The notes under the pieces: generated by a model
What the model was told of the DNA's origin: nothing
The model's database searches: none
The model's input: only the letters and a program-made list of their open reading frames with translations
Assembly: GCF_902616385.1 (NCBI RefSeq)
Contig: NZ_CACMSM010000007.1
Location: 5,869 to 69,868 of the forward strand
Direction: 5' to 3'
DNA from: an uncultured Prochlorococcus sp.
GTDB taxonomy: Bacteria; Cyanobacteriota; Cyanobacteriia; PCC-6307; Cyanobiaceae
Length of the DNA: 64,000 nucleotides
Translations under genes and position numbers: made by a program
Shown here: positions 50,035 through 59,517 of the stretch, piece by piece
How the letters are laid out: each line of letters starts with the position of its first letter
Position numbering within the stretch: the first letter of the stretch is position 1

Positions 50035-51531
50035 TTATGGATGGAAACCAAAAATGGAATTATTTCTTTTTTTAATTTCTTTTATGAAGATACTGTAATT
50101 TTCAGAGACTGATAGTTCTGGATAAATTAAGTCATTTATTTTTTTCTGAAGATTATGCTTATCGTTTAAAAATAAAACAGATTTTTCTAGAACCTCTACC
50201 ATAATTGAAACTGCAGTACTTGCTCCCGGAGAGGCTCCTAACAAAGCAGACAATGATCCATCAGATGAATTTACAATCTCCGTTCCAAATTTCAAAGAAC
50301 CACCACCTTCAGTTTTTTTAATTATTTGGACTCTTTGACCAGCATTCTTTAAATACCAATCAGAAGGATTAGCTGATGGCATCATATTCTTTAAATTCTC
50401 AACTCTTGAGTTATGGTTCTTTAATGATTGTGATATCAGGTAATTAATTAAATCGTTGTTCTTGAAACCAACGTCTAACATAGAAAAAATATTATTCTTT
50501 TTAATTGAACTAAATAAGTCAAAGTATGAACTTTGTTTTAGAAATTTCGTTGTAAATCCAGCAAAAGGTCCATATAAAAGAAGTTTTTTATTATCAATCC
50601 ATCTGGAGTCTAAATGAGGCACAGACATTGGTGGGGATCCAATATCAGCTTTACCGTAAACTTTTGAGTTATGTTTTTCTGTTAGATATTTTTTCTCGCA
50701 AATAAGCCATTTCCCGCTAACAGGAAATCCACCATAACTTTTTGCTTCTGGAATTTTTGATTTTTGTAAATAATTAATTGTTTTTCCACCAGCACCAAGA
50801 AAAACGTAGCCAGTTCTAATTGAATTTTTTCTACCTTCAGAACTGATTTCTAGTTCCCATTGTTTTTTATCAATTTTCTTTAAATCTACTAATTCTGTTT
50901 TGTATCTAATTTCAACATTTTTATTTGAAGAAACTAATGACAAATACTCTTTAGTTAAAGCCTCAAAATTAATATCAGTTCCTCTACCTATTCTGGTAGC
51001 AGCAATTTGAGTAGATGGATTTCTATCTTTTGTTATTAAAGGAGCCCATGATGAAATTTCATCAAAAGATGTAGAAAATTCCATATCGATAAATTCAGGA
51101 TTTTCGGTCATTTTCTGAAATCTTTTTTTTAAAAAAGCAATATTATCCTGACCAGACACAAAGCTAATATGAGGAATAAATTTTAGAAACTTCTTAATAT
51201 CAATTTTCCCTGCTTCATACAATGAGGCCCATAAAGACATGGATGTTTCAAAAGAACGATTTATTGAGAGCGCTTTATCTATTTTTAGATTTCCTTTTTC
51301 ATCTAAAGGGGTATAGTTTAATTCGCAATTAGCCGCATGTCCTGTACCTGCATTATTAAAAGCGCCAGAACTTTCACTTCCTGGAGCATTTAATTTTTCT
51401 ATAATAAGGAATTTTATATCTGGTAAAACTTCTGAAATTAGTAGGGCTAAAGTACTACTCATTATCCCTGCTCCTACTAAGACTGCATCAAAGTAGCTAT
51501 TTTCATTAGTGGGATTTTTAGATGAAGTCAC
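50035..51531 (-). CDS. mqo: malate:quinone oxidoreductase
   Basis: 498 aa with an FAD-binding N-terminus ([15 protein letters not shown]). The overall pattern matches Mqo. Confidence 0.88.
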   Translation of the reverse strand: MTSSKNPTNENSYFDAVLVGAGIMSSTLALLISEVLPDIKFLIIEKLNAPGSESSGAFNNAGTGHAANCELNYTPLDEKGNLKIDKALSINRSFETSMSLWASLYEAGKIDIKKFLKFIPHISFVSGQDNIAFLKKRFQKMTENPEFIDMEFSTSFDEISSWAPLITKDRNPSTQIAATRIGRGTDINFEALTKEYLSLVSSNKNVEIRYKTELVDLKKIDKKQWELEISSEGRKNSIRTGYVFLGAGGKTINYLQKSKIPEAKSYGGFPVSGKWLICEKKYLTEKHNSKVYGKADIGSPPMSVPHLDSRWIDNKKLLLYGPFAGFTTKFLKQSSYFDLFSSIKKNNIFSMLDVGFKNNDLINYLISQSLKNHNSRVENLKNMMPSANPSDWYLKNAGQRVQIIKKTEGGGSLKFGTEIVNSSDGSLSALLGASPGASTAVSIMVEVLEKSVLFLNDKHNLQKKINDLIYPELSVSENYSIFIKEIKKRNNSIFGFHP

Positions 51532-51601
51532 AACAGAAAATTATCTTTTTTGCAATTAATCAGATTTCTTTCTAGGCTTATTATAAAGTTAATCCAAAAT
51601 T

Positions 51602-51847
51602 ATGAGTACTGAAACACTCTCGCTGACAAACGAAAATGTAGAAAAAGTCCTTGACGAGCTAAGGCCTTTTTTAATTTCTGATGGAGGTAATGTAGAGATT
51701 GCAGAAATAGATGGTCCAATTGTCAAAGTCAGACTTCAAGGAGCATGTGGTAGTTGCCCAAGTAGCACTATGACTCTAAAAATGGGTATTGAAAGAAAGT
51801 TAAAAGAAATGATTCCTGAAATAAGCGAAGTTATCCAGGTTTTATAA
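51602..51847 (+). CDS. NifU C-terminal domain (Nfu-type Fe-S scaffold) protein
   Basis: 81 aa with the GACGSCPSS motif. Confidence 0.85.
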   Translation: MSTETLSLTNENVEKVLDELRPFLISDGGNVEIAEIDGPIVKVRLQGACGSCPSSTMTLKMGIERKLKEMIPEISEVIQVL

Positions 51848-51870
51848 AAATTTTTAACTGAAATATTATA

Positions 51871-52128
51871 TTATTTAGTTTTTAATTCCTTCAACAAAGA
51901 TGATTCCATATCAAGGCAATCAATTGGAAGTCCTTGACCAATCGCGATTAAAAGAGGCGCAAGAATTCCTAACGTAAAAACTAAATTTGATTGGCTTACA
52001 TCATATTTACTCAAAGTAAAAGTTATCAAATAAATAATTGAAAAATATGCATGTAGTGAAAAAAATTCTTTTGGCTTTAGAACTGGCCACCTTAAAGTAT
52101 TTCCCAAGAAATATAAAAAACCTGTCAT
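51871..52128 (-). CDS. hypothetical membrane protein
   Basis: 85 aa with two hydrophobic helices. No family recognised. Confidence 0.4.
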   Translation of the reverse strand: MTGFLYFLGNTLRWPVLKPKEFFSLHAYFSIIYLITFTLSKYDVSQSNLVFTLGILAPLLIAIGQGLPIDCLDMESSLLKELKTK

Positions 52129-52254
52129 AAATAAATAGTTACATGAAGATTAAACCAAATATAAACATAATCCTTTTTAAAGACTATTTATAAAAAAATT
52201 TACCTAAGATAATAATTAAAAAAAGATTAAATCTTCATTTCTATTTGTAAAAGC

Positions 52255-52284
52255 TAGACGTGTAGCTAAAAATACGCTTATAAT
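52255..52284 (+). promoter_or_regulatory. candidate promoter: -35 TAGACG, 18-nt spacer, -10 TATAAT
   Basis: TATAAT lies at 52279-52284 and TAGACG at 52255-52260. A start site near 52291 would place the whole structured leader in the 5'UTR. Confidence 0.35.
52262..52275 (+). promoter_or_regulatory. candidate NtcA box (GTA-N8-TAC) overlapping the promoter spacer
   Basis: tGTAgctaaaaaTACg. The TAC ends 3 nt before the TATAAT. Confidence 0.35.
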
Positions 52285-52307
52285 GATTATGTAGCAATCG
52301 CTACTTT

Positions 52308-52360
52308 TTCGTTCACCCTCATTGAGGGCGCAGTTCGAGTCATACCATGGAACGGGGGAT
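52308..52360 (+). promoter_or_regulatory. glutamine-riboswitch-like leader (Downstream-peptide / glutamine-II type)
   Basis: CGUUC (52310-52314) pairs with GAACG (52350-52354), enclosing the hairpin CCCUC-AUU-GAGGG (52316-52328). The CGUUCACCC...GGAACG signature is present. This is a locally GC-rich island in an AT-rich spacer, and it sits upstream of a YRG-repeat mini-ORF. Confidence 0.62.
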
Positions 52361-52382
52361 GGCCGTGTTGTCACATCGAAAC

Positions 52383-52556
52383 ATGACTACTTTAACTTAC
52401 AGAGGTAAAAACTACGTTCAAAACAAAGAAGCTGCTAAAAAGCAACTTGTTGAACTTACCTACAGAAGAAACGTATACACCAACAGAATGGATGACGCTT
52501 CTTCAAGTAATGAAAAAGCAGAATTAAATTACAGAGGTGTTAATTACACTAAATAA
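52383..52556 (+). CDS. DUF4278-type 'downstream peptide', 57 aa with three YR(G/R)xxY units
   Basis: MTTLTYRGKNYVQNKEAAKKQLVELTYRRNVYTNRMDDASSSNEKAELNYRGVNYTK*. The ORF-track start (52347) and ATG 52359 both lie inside the RNA structure, so ATG 52383 is preferred. Confidence 0.72.
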   Translation: MTTLTYRGKNYVQNKEAAKKQLVELTYRRNVYTNRMDDASSSNEKAELNYRGVNYTK

Positions 52557-52573
52557 TTTAATTAAACAAAAAA

Positions 52574-52601
52574 AGCCCCTTTTTCAGGGGCTTTTTTTTT
52601 T
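52574..52601 (+). terminator. rho-independent terminator
   Basis: agcccct (52574-52580) pairs with aggggct (52586-52592) across a 5-nt loop, followed by a 10-nt T-run. An A-run precedes it, so it may act in both directions. Confidence 0.85.
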
Positions 52602-52632
52602 GGCTATATTTATCAAGAGTTCTTTTAAAAAT

Positions 52633-53427
52633 ATGTCTAAAAGTTGCTGTAATACAAACACATCGAATAAAGCACCTAATCAATTCGATCATAAAGATGC
52701 GATTCAAGAAAGATATGGCTCAGCCGCACAAGAAAAAGAAAGTTGTCTTTGTACACCAGTTGGGTTTAATCCCGTTTTACTTGAAGCAATTCCTCAAGAG
52801 GTTATAGAAAGAGACTATGGGTGTGGTGATCCAACAAAATATGTTCAAAAAAATGATATAGTCTTAGATCTTGGAAGTGGTAGCGGCAAAAATGCTTTCA
52901 TTTGTGCCCAAATTGTTGGGAAAGAAGGGAAAGTTATTGGAGTTGATCAGAATCCTGACATGCTTTCTTTATCTAGATCAGCCTCTAAAGAAGTTACAAA
53001 AAATATAGGTTTCAACAATACAGAATTTCTAGAAGGTTCAATTGAAAAACTTGATGAATTAGATAAAGATTTAAATCCATTAATCGCAGATAAATCAGTT
53101 GATATTATTTTAAGTAATTGCGTTTTAAACCTGGTAAGTCCAGAGTCTAGAAATAACCTTCTAAACAATATAAAAAGAGTTTTAAAATATAATGGAAGAA
53201 TTGCAATTAGTGATATCGTATCTAACAAAAAAGTTCCTTTAAGATTGCAAAATGATCATGATTTATGGACAGGATGTATTAGTGGAGCATGGTATGAGCC
53301 AGAGTTTATAAGTGATTTTAAAGTACTCGGATTTAAAAATTTAAAATTTGCAGAGAGGAGTGCTGAACCTTGGAAAGTAATTGAGGATATTGAATTTAGA
53401 ACAGTAACTTTAGTTGGCAATATTTAA
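52633..53427 (+). CDS. arsM: arsenite S-adenosylmethionine methyltransferase-like (ArsM-type) SAM methyltransferase
   Basis: Methyltransferase motif I VLDLGSGSG, plus three Cys in ArsM-like contexts: DYGCGDP, SNCVLNL and GCISGA. ATG 52633 is preferred because the ORF-track start (52537) runs through the upstream terminator. Confidence 0.75.
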   Translation: MSKSCCNTNTSNKAPNQFDHKDAIQERYGSAAQEKESCLCTPVGFNPVLLEAIPQEVIERDYGCGDPTKYVQKNDIVLDLGSGSGKNAFICAQIVGKEGKVIGVDQNPDMLSLSRSASKEVTKNIGFNNTEFLEGSIEKLDELDKDLNPLIADKSVDIILSNCVLNLVSPESRNNLLNNIKRVLKYNGRIAISDIVSNKKVPLRLQNDHDLWTGCISGAWYEPEFISDFKVLGFKNLKFAERSAEPWKVIEDIEFRTVTLVGNI

Positions 53428-53462
53428 AAATTTAAGAGTTTAAAAATATAATTTAAATTTCC

Positions 53463-54644
53463 ATGAGAAATAATTTAAGAGATCAAATACCAGCATTAAA
53501 AAATAAGTATTATTTCAACTATGGAGGTCAAGGACCATTACCAAAATCTTCCTTAGAAGCAATAGTTAAAACTTGGGAAATTATCCAAGATTTAGGACCA
53601 TTTACTAATAATATGTGGCCTTTTATTTACAAAGAAATAACTACCACAAAGAGAATCATTGCACAAAAATTAGGTGTCAATTCAAAGAATGTAGCATTAA
53701 CCGAGAATATCTCTTCAGGTATGATTTTACCCTTTTGGGGAATAAAAGTAGAAGAAGGAGATGAGCTTTTAATAAGTGACTGTGAACATCCTGGAGTAGT
53801 AGCTGCAAGTCGAGAATTTTGCAGAAGAAATAAATTAATTTTCAGAATTTTGCCAATCCAAAAAATTAAAAATCTTAACGACGAAAATATAATTTTAGAG
53901 ATATTGAAAAATCTAAATAGTAAGACTAAGATCCTAATTATTTCTCATATTTTATGGAACTATGGATATAAAATCCCTTTAAAACAAATTTCTATCGAAT
54001 TAAAAAATAATCGAGAAAATTCTTATTTTCTTGTTGATGGTGCTCAAACCTTTGGGCACATAAAAATTGAAGAAGAAGTTTTTTATTCTGATTTATATTC
54101 AATAACTTCTCATAAGTGGGCATGCGGCCCAGAAGGACTTGGAGCAATTTATGTCTCAGATAGATTTATTCATGAAACAGATCCAACAATAATTGGTTGG
54201 AAATCATTAAAAAAAGAACAAGGCATTTATGAGTCTTTTGATAATCTTTTTCATGATGATGCAAGGAAGTTTGAAGTAGCTACATCTTGCATTCCTTTAC
54301 TTGCGGGACTTCGTAATTCTTTAGATCTTTTGGACAAAGACTGCTCTGAAAAAGAAAAAAGCGAACATATCAAAAGATTAAGTGGGAAACTTTGGGATGA
54401 ATTAATTCAATTAAAAGAAATTGAATTAGTTTTAGAAAAAAAGTACATAAATGGGATAGTTAGTTTTAATATCGAAAATATTGAAAATAAGGATAAATTT
54501 ATTAAGGAACTTGGGGAAAAAAAAATTTGGATAAGAGTTTTAGAAGATCCAAAATGGTTTAGAGCATGCGTACATCAAATGACTACAGACGATGAGGTTG
54601 ATTTACTTTCTGATGAAATTAAAAATTACTTACTTAATTGCTGA
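53463..54644 (+). CDS. class V aminotransferase (cysteine desulfurase / isopenicillin-N epimerase-like)
   Basis: 393 aa with the PLP-lysine context SHKWACGPEGLG. Confidence 0.78.
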   Translation: MRNNLRDQIPALKNKYYFNYGGQGPLPKSSLEAIVKTWEIIQDLGPFTNNMWPFIYKEITTTKRIIAQKLGVNSKNVALTENISSGMILPFWGIKVEEGDELLISDCEHPGVVAASREFCRRNKLIFRILPIQKIKNLNDENIILEILKNLNSKTKILIISHILWNYGYKIPLKQISIELKNNRENSYFLVDGAQTFGHIKIEEEVFYSDLYSITSHKWACGPEGLGAIYVSDRFIHETDPTIIGWKSLKKEQGIYESFDNLFHDDARKFEVATSCIPLLAGLRNSLDLLDKDCSEKEKSEHIKRLSGKLWDELIQLKEIELVLEKKYINGIVSFNIENIENKDKFIKELGEKKIWIRVLEDPKWFRACVHQMTTDDEVDLLSDEIKNYLLNC

Positions 54645-54694
54645 ATCAAGTAAATATATTTCTCCAAATTCTCAAAATCATAGAAATCTTAAAA

Positions 54695-55399
54695 TTACCA
54701 GGGTATTTCTGAGCTATCCCAAGCAATAAATTTTCCTGTAGATTCTGGTGATTGGTTCTTAATAATATTGATTAAGAATTGGGAGGATTTTTCTTTACTA
54801 AATAATTTATGTTCTGGAACAAATTTATGAAAAGGTCGAGATAAATCAGTATCTACTGTTCCTGGATGAAGCAATGTGATAGTAGCCTTTGGGAAACGTC
54901 TAGCCCATTCAATACTTAAAGATTTAAAAAACTGATTTTGCGCAGATTTTGCAGCTCTATATGAATACCAACCTCCAGTTTGATTATCTCCAATGCTACC
55001 AACTCTTGCACTTATACTTGCAAAATTAAAATCTAAATCTTTTGGTATAAATTCTTCAACCGCTTTAGCTAATAAAATAGGAGAAAAGGCATTTATAGAA
55101 AAACTTTCCATCATATTTTTTTTATCAAGATGTTGTAATCTTTTTTCTGGTTGAAGAGAATCACTATGAAGTCTACCTGTAGCATTAACAACTAGCCTTA
55201 ATTTTGAAGGATGATTTGATATTTTATTTTTCAACTGCAAAAGGGATTGAGGATCCTCTATATCTAATTCCCAAAAAGAATTAAATTCACTTTTTCTACC
55301 ACACAAAACAACATCTAAATCTTTTTCACTTTCATTCAGATCTTTAGCTAGTTGTGTTCCAATTCCACCTGCGCCTACAACTAAGGCTAAGCCTTTCAT
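54695..55399 (-). CDS. short-chain dehydrogenase/reductase
   Basis: VVGAGGIG N-terminus and YRAAK catalytic motif. Length is 234 aa. Confidence 0.8.
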   Translation of the reverse strand: MKGLALVVGAGGIGTQLAKDLNESEKDLDVVLCGRKSEFNSFWELDIEDPQSLLQLKNKISNHPSKLRLVVNATGRLHSDSLQPEKRLQHLDKKNMMESFSINAFSPILLAKAVEEFIPKDLDFNFASISARVGSIGDNQTGGWYSYRAAKSAQNQFFKSLSIEWARRFPKATITLLHPGTVDTDLSRPFHKFVPEHKLFSKEKSSQFLINIIKNQSPESTGKFIAWDSSEIPW

Positions 55400-55480
55400 T
55401 TTGTTTAAGATAACTCCCTTGATTTTAAGAAACTTTTCTTGTGATTTGCGAAAAGATCTTTCTTATTTGATTAGGAAATT

Positions 55481-57016
55481 TTATTGAGATTTACTCTTTT
55501 CTTTTAATAATTCATAAGCTATTTTTCTATCATCAAAATTAATAACTTTATCATTGAGAATTTGGTAGTCTTCATGTCCTTTTCCTGCAATTAAAACAAT
55601 ATCTTCTTTATTGGCAAATTTAATAGATTCATTTATTGCTTTAAATCTATCAATCTCAATAATTATTTTATCTCTTTTTTTTATTCCAATTAAAATATCA
55701 TTTACTATCTTTTGGGGTTCTTCTGATCTTGGATTATCTGAAGTTATAAAAAGTTGATCAGAAAACTCCTCAGCAATTGATCCCATTAAAGGCCTTTTAC
55801 TACGGTCTCGATCTCCGCCACAGCCAAAAACAGTTATAAGTTTGCCTTCACAAAGTTTTTTAATTGATTGCAAAACTTTTTTTAATCCATCAGGAGTGTG
55901 GGCATAATCAACAATTACTGTTGGAAGTAAGCTTAAAACTACATCATTATCAATTTGTATTTTCTCCATTCTCCCAGGAGCACCAGGGAAAGATTGTATT
56001 AACTTTGATAGATCTTTCAAAGAATAATTAAGTTTATACAAAATTGTTATTGCTTGAATGGCATTCATTAAATTAAATTCACCGACAAGTGGAACAAAAA
56101 GTTGAATTTTTTCCCTAGGTGTATGAAAAATACAGGTGGAACCACTTTCAGTAAATTTTTTATCTGTTACGAAAAAAAAATCATCATTTTCAAATTCACT
56201 CACAGTAATCTTTGTAGAGACTAATGAAGATCTTTTTTCAAGATCAGATGATAATTTAGATATCCAATGATCATCATGATTTAATACACAAATTCCATCT
56301 TTTTCTTTTAGATAAGGTGGGAAAAATAATTTTCTTTTTGTTTGAAAATATGATTCCATATCCGAGTGATAATCAAGATGATCTTGAGTTAAATTAGTGA
56401 AAATAGCCGCCTCAAATTCGCATCCTGATATCCTGTTTTGAGCAATAGAATGAGAACTTACCTCTAATATTGCGAATTCAGATTCTGCCTCAACAGCAGC
56501 ATTTAATTTCTTTTGAAGCTTATCGGCGAAATCAGTTGTATGAGAAGCCACTTCTGAGAAGCCAGGCCATCTATTAAACAAGGTCCCAAATAATGCAGTC
56601 TTTTTCCCTAATTTTTTTAAAAGATATTCCAATAAAAATGTAATTGTCGTTTTTCCATTTGTACCAGTAACACCAATAAGTTTAAGTTTCCTTGAAGGCC
56701 TATTCCAAAACTCAGCTACAATTTGACCAAAAATATAATCTAAATTATCCTCAATAACTAAAATCCTTTCTCGATCAATAGATCCAATTTTCTCTTTTGC
56801 AGCAGACCCAATAATGGCAGCCTCTGCGCCATTTTTAATTGCCTCAATACAAAATTTTCCTCCATCAACATTTAAACCAGGCATACCTAAAAATAAAGTT
56901 CCTTTTTGAACTTCTTTAGAGTTAAAAGAAATATTATTGATTTCATGATCTATTAACCCTAATGAAGGAATAATTCCTACCAAATCTAAAAGTTTATGTA
57001 ATTTTATAGATCTCAT
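55481..57016 (-). CDS. murE: UDP-N-acetylmuramoyl-L-alanyl-D-glutamate--2,6-diaminopimelate ligase
   Basis: GVTGTNGKTT motif and a DNPR motif (ITSDNPRSE). Length is 511 aa. Confidence 0.95.
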   Translation of the reverse strand: MRSIKLHKLLDLVGIIPSLGLIDHEINNISFNSKEVQKGTLFLGMPGLNVDGGKFCIEAIKNGAEAAIIGSAAKEKIGSIDRERILVIEDNLDYIFGQIVAEFWNRPSRKLKLIGVTGTNGKTTITFLLEYLLKKLGKKTALFGTLFNRWPGFSEVASHTTDFADKLQKKLNAAVEAESEFAILEVSSHSIAQNRISGCEFEAAIFTNLTQDHLDYHSDMESYFQTKRKLFFPPYLKEKDGICVLNHDDHWISKLSSDLEKRSSLVSTKITVSEFENDDFFFVTDKKFTESGSTCIFHTPREKIQLFVPLVGEFNLMNAIQAITILYKLNYSLKDLSKLIQSFPGAPGRMEKIQIDNDVVLSLLPTVIVDYAHTPDGLKKVLQSIKKLCEGKLITVFGCGGDRDRSKRPLMGSIAEEFSDQLFITSDNPRSEEPQKIVNDILIGIKKRDKIIIEIDRFKAINESIKFANKEDIVLIAGKGHEDYQILNDKVINFDDRKIAYELLKEKSKSQ

Positions 57017-57025
57017 ATAAAAAAA

Positions 57026-57328
57026 TTATTTCTCCAGAATGGTACTAATATTTTTTTGAAACCAATTCTTTAATTGATCATCTTTTAATCTTAGAGAAAT
57101 GCGAGGCAATTCTATAATCTCCTCTAACCCAGGCCCTTCAACAGCAATAACAGGTACTTCATAATCATATTTTTTATATTTATCTTTATATAAATCGACC
57201 CTATCAATATCAATTTCTTTTAGCTCCTCTAGATTAGGGAACAACTCATTAAGATTTATTTTTGCCAGTTTGTTTTTTAATGAATCACAAAGGCAACATC
57301 CCTGCCTAACAAAAATAAATATTTTCAT
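57026..57328 (-). CDS. glutaredoxin-like protein (DUF836 / thioredoxin fold)
   Basis: 100 aa with a CCLCD redox motif near the N-terminus. Confidence 0.68.
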   Translation of the reverse strand: MKIFIFVRQGCCLCDSLKNKLAKINLNELFPNLEELKEIDIDRVDLYKDKYKKYDYEVPVIAVEGPGLEEIIELPRISLRLKDDQLKNWFQKNISTILEK

Positions 57329-57332
57329 TCAT

Positions 57333-57569
57333 TTAATCAGGCACAGGATCACATCCACAGGGAGTTAAAGGATGACATCTGCTTAATCTTCTTAAAGTTA
57401 ACCACCCTCCCTTCCAAGGACCATGTCTAGTAATTGCCTCATATCCATAAGAGCTGCAACTTGGAATAAATCTACATCTTGGTCCTAAAAAAGGAGAAAA
57501 CCACTTTTGATAAAACGAAATCATAAAAAGAAGTATAGAAGTAATTAATTTATTAATAGTTTTGAACAC
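57333..57569 (-). CDS. yidD: membrane protein insertion efficiency factor YidD
   Basis: [27 protein letters not shown] motif. Confidence 0.9.
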   Translation of the reverse strand: MFKTINKLITSILLFMISFYQKWFSPFLGPRCRFIPSCSSYGYEAITRHGPWKGGWLTLRRLSRCHPLTPCGCDPVPD

Positions 57570-57665
57570 TTTAATGATGTAAAATAATGTTTCAGGTAGT
57601 AATTTAGTTTAATTGAATTTAATCAATTATCCAATTTATTGCAAATTTCTTTTTAATTTAAAACT

Positions 57666-58274
57666 ATGTCAAGATACCGCGGTCCCAGATTAAGGGTTAC
57701 GCGTCGCTTGGGAGAACTACCAGGTCTCACCAGGAAAGCTTCAAAGAAGTCTAATCCTCCAGGTCAGCACGGCCAAGCCCGTCGCAAGCGATCAGAATAT
57801 GCAATTCGTCTAGAAGAAAAGCAGAAACTTAGGTTTAATTATGGAGTTTCTGAAAAACAACTAGTACGTTATGTAAAAAAAGCTAGAGCTCAAGAAGGAT
57901 CTACAGGAACAAACCTGCTAAGACTTTTAGAAAACAGACTTGATAATGTTTGCTTTAGATTAGGTTTTGGAGGTACCATCCCAGGCTCAAGACAATTAGT
58001 AAATCATGGCCATGTAACCGTTAATGGAAAGGTTCTTGATATTGCTGGTTATCAATGCAAATCAGGCGATGTAATCGGAATTAAAGAAAACAAAGCAAGT
58101 AAAAAACTTGTAGAAGGTAATATAGAATTCCCTGGTTTAGCAAATGTCCCACCTCATCTTGATTTAGACAAACCTAAATTAACGGGAAAAATAAATGGAA
58201 AATGTGATAGAGAGTGGGTGGCTCTTGAAATAAACGAACTACTAGTTGTTGAATATTATTCAAGAAAAGTTTAA
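57666..58274 (+). CDS. rpsD: 30S ribosomal protein S4
   Basis: [17 protein letters not shown]-terminus and an S4 domain. Length is 202 aa. Confidence 0.97.
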   Translation: MSRYRGPRLRVTRRLGELPGLTRKASKKSNPPGQHGQARRKRSEYAIRLEEKQKLRFNYGVSEKQLVRYVKKARAQEGSTGTNLLRLLENRLDNVCFRLGFGGTIPGSRQLVNHGHVTVNGKVLDIAGYQCKSGDVIGIKENKASKKLVEGNIEFPGLANVPPHLDLDKPKLTGKINGKCDREWVALEINELLVVEYYSRKV

Positions 58275-58294
58275 TACGACTTTTCTTTGGATTA

Positions 58295-58335
58295 TTAAAT
58301 CTCTCGTTTGAAAAATGAGAGATTTAATTTAATTC
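58295..58335 (+). terminator. terminator candidate after rpsD
   Basis: Perfect 11-bp inverted repeat ttaaatctctc (58295-58305) / gagagatttaa (58317-58327) with an 11-nt loop, followed by a T-rich tail. Confidence 0.55.
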
Positions 58336-58350
58336 TTGTTTTTAAAAACA

Positions 58351-59514
58351 ATGGGAAATAAGGAAAATAAGATAAAAAAACCTGGTTTTAAGACCTTATC
58401 AATTCACCATGGGGAAACATTTGCAGAAGAAACTGGATGTGTTATGCCTCCTATTTTTTCTACATCTACTTTCAAACATGGAAATAAAGATAATTTCGAC
58501 TACACCAGATCAGGCAATCCAAACTTTAGAATTCTAGAAAACATCCTTAAATCAATAGAAGATTCTAAATACTGTACAGTTTTTGGATCTGGAATTAGCG
58601 CGGTAACTGCAATTTCATCAACACTAAAATCAGGTGACATGATACTCTGCGAGTCAAATCTCTATGGTTGTACTGTGAGGATGTTCGAAAAAGTTTTCAA
58701 GAAATTTGGACTAGAAGTTTTATACACAGATTTTACAAACGAAAATAATATCAAAAAGATTTCAAACTTCGAGCCAACCTTGATATGGCTAGAAAGTCCA
58801 ACTAATCCACTTTTGAAGGTACTTGATATTAAGGCAATTTGTAATGAAGCGAATAAGCTCGAAATACCAGTAGTTGTAGACAACACATTTTCTACAGCGC
58901 TTATTCAAAAACCATTGGACCTTGGGGCAACACTATCGGTTGTAAGCACCACAAAATTCATTAATGGACATAGTGACGCACTTGGCGGAGCAGTTCTGAC
59001 AAATAATGAGGAATGGAATAGTAAGATGCTTTTCTCTCAAAAAGCTCTCGGGCTTCAACCATCTCCTTTTGATAGTTGGCTCATTACGAGAGGAGTAAAA
59101 ACTCTTCCTTTAAGAATCGAACAACAAACTAAAAGTGCAGAATTTATTACTGAAGAATTAGGGAATCATAAAATAATTAGTAATGTAATTTACCCTTTTA
59201 ATCAAGAACATCCGCAATTTAATTTAGCAAAATCGCAAATGAAATCTGGAGGTTCAATGATCACCCTAAAATTAAATTTAAATAAAGAGGATACTTTTAA
59301 ATTTTGCAAATCTCTCAAATATTTCTCTCTAGCAGAAAGCCTTGGAGGAGTTGAAAGTTTAATTTGTCACCCTGCAACAATGACTCATGCTTCTGTTGAT
59401 GACAAAACAAAAAATCTGCTAGGGATAGATGATGCTCTTGTCAGATTATCAATTGGATGTGAAGATACAAATGATTTAATCTCGGATATTTTATTTGCTT
59501 TAAATAAATTCTGA
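58351..59514 (+). CDS. Cys/Met-metabolism PLP-dependent enzyme (cystathionine gamma-synthase / beta-lyase family)
   Basis: PLP-lysine motif STTKFINGHSD and YTRSGNPN. ATG 58351 is preferred over the TTG at 58336, which lies in the rpsD terminator tail. Confidence 0.88.
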   Translation: MGNKENKIKKPGFKTLSIHHGETFAEETGCVMPPIFSTSTFKHGNKDNFDYTRSGNPNFRILENILKSIEDSKYCTVFGSGISAVTAISSTLKSGDMILCESNLYGCTVRMFEKVFKKFGLEVLYTDFTNENNIKKISNFEPTLIWLESPTNPLLKVLDIKAICNEANKLEIPVVVDNTFSTALIQKPLDLGATLSVVSTTKFINGHSDALGGAVLTNNEEWNSKMLFSQKALGLQPSPFDSWLITRGVKTLPLRIEQQTKSAEFITEELGNHKIISNVIYPFNQEHPQFNLAKSQMKSGGSMITLKLNLNKEDTFKFCKSLKYFSLAESLGGVESLICHPATMTHASVDDKTKNLLGIDDALVRLSIGCEDTNDLISDILFALNKF

Positions 59515-59517
59515 AAA

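Noticed and set aside
52329-52345. tRNA T-arm-like string gcgcagttcgagtcatacc
   Set aside because: There is no complementary T-stem, acceptor stem or anticodon arm around it. The string is better explained as the internal loop of the riboswitch-like fold. No tRNA genes were recognised anywhere in the window.
52347-52382. ORF-track start (MERGMAVLSHRN...) and ATG 52359 for the DUF4278-type gene
   Set aside because: Both ATGs lie inside the proposed aptamer helices. The family's typical N-terminus (M..L.YRG..Y) fits ATG 52383. This remains uncertain without start-site data.
52537-52632. ORF-track start of the arsM-like gene at 52537 (overlapping the DUF4278 gene)
   Set aside because: That extension reads straight through a strong rho-independent terminator (52574-52601) and encodes low-complexity sequence. 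ATG 52633 (MSKSCCNT...) is preferred.
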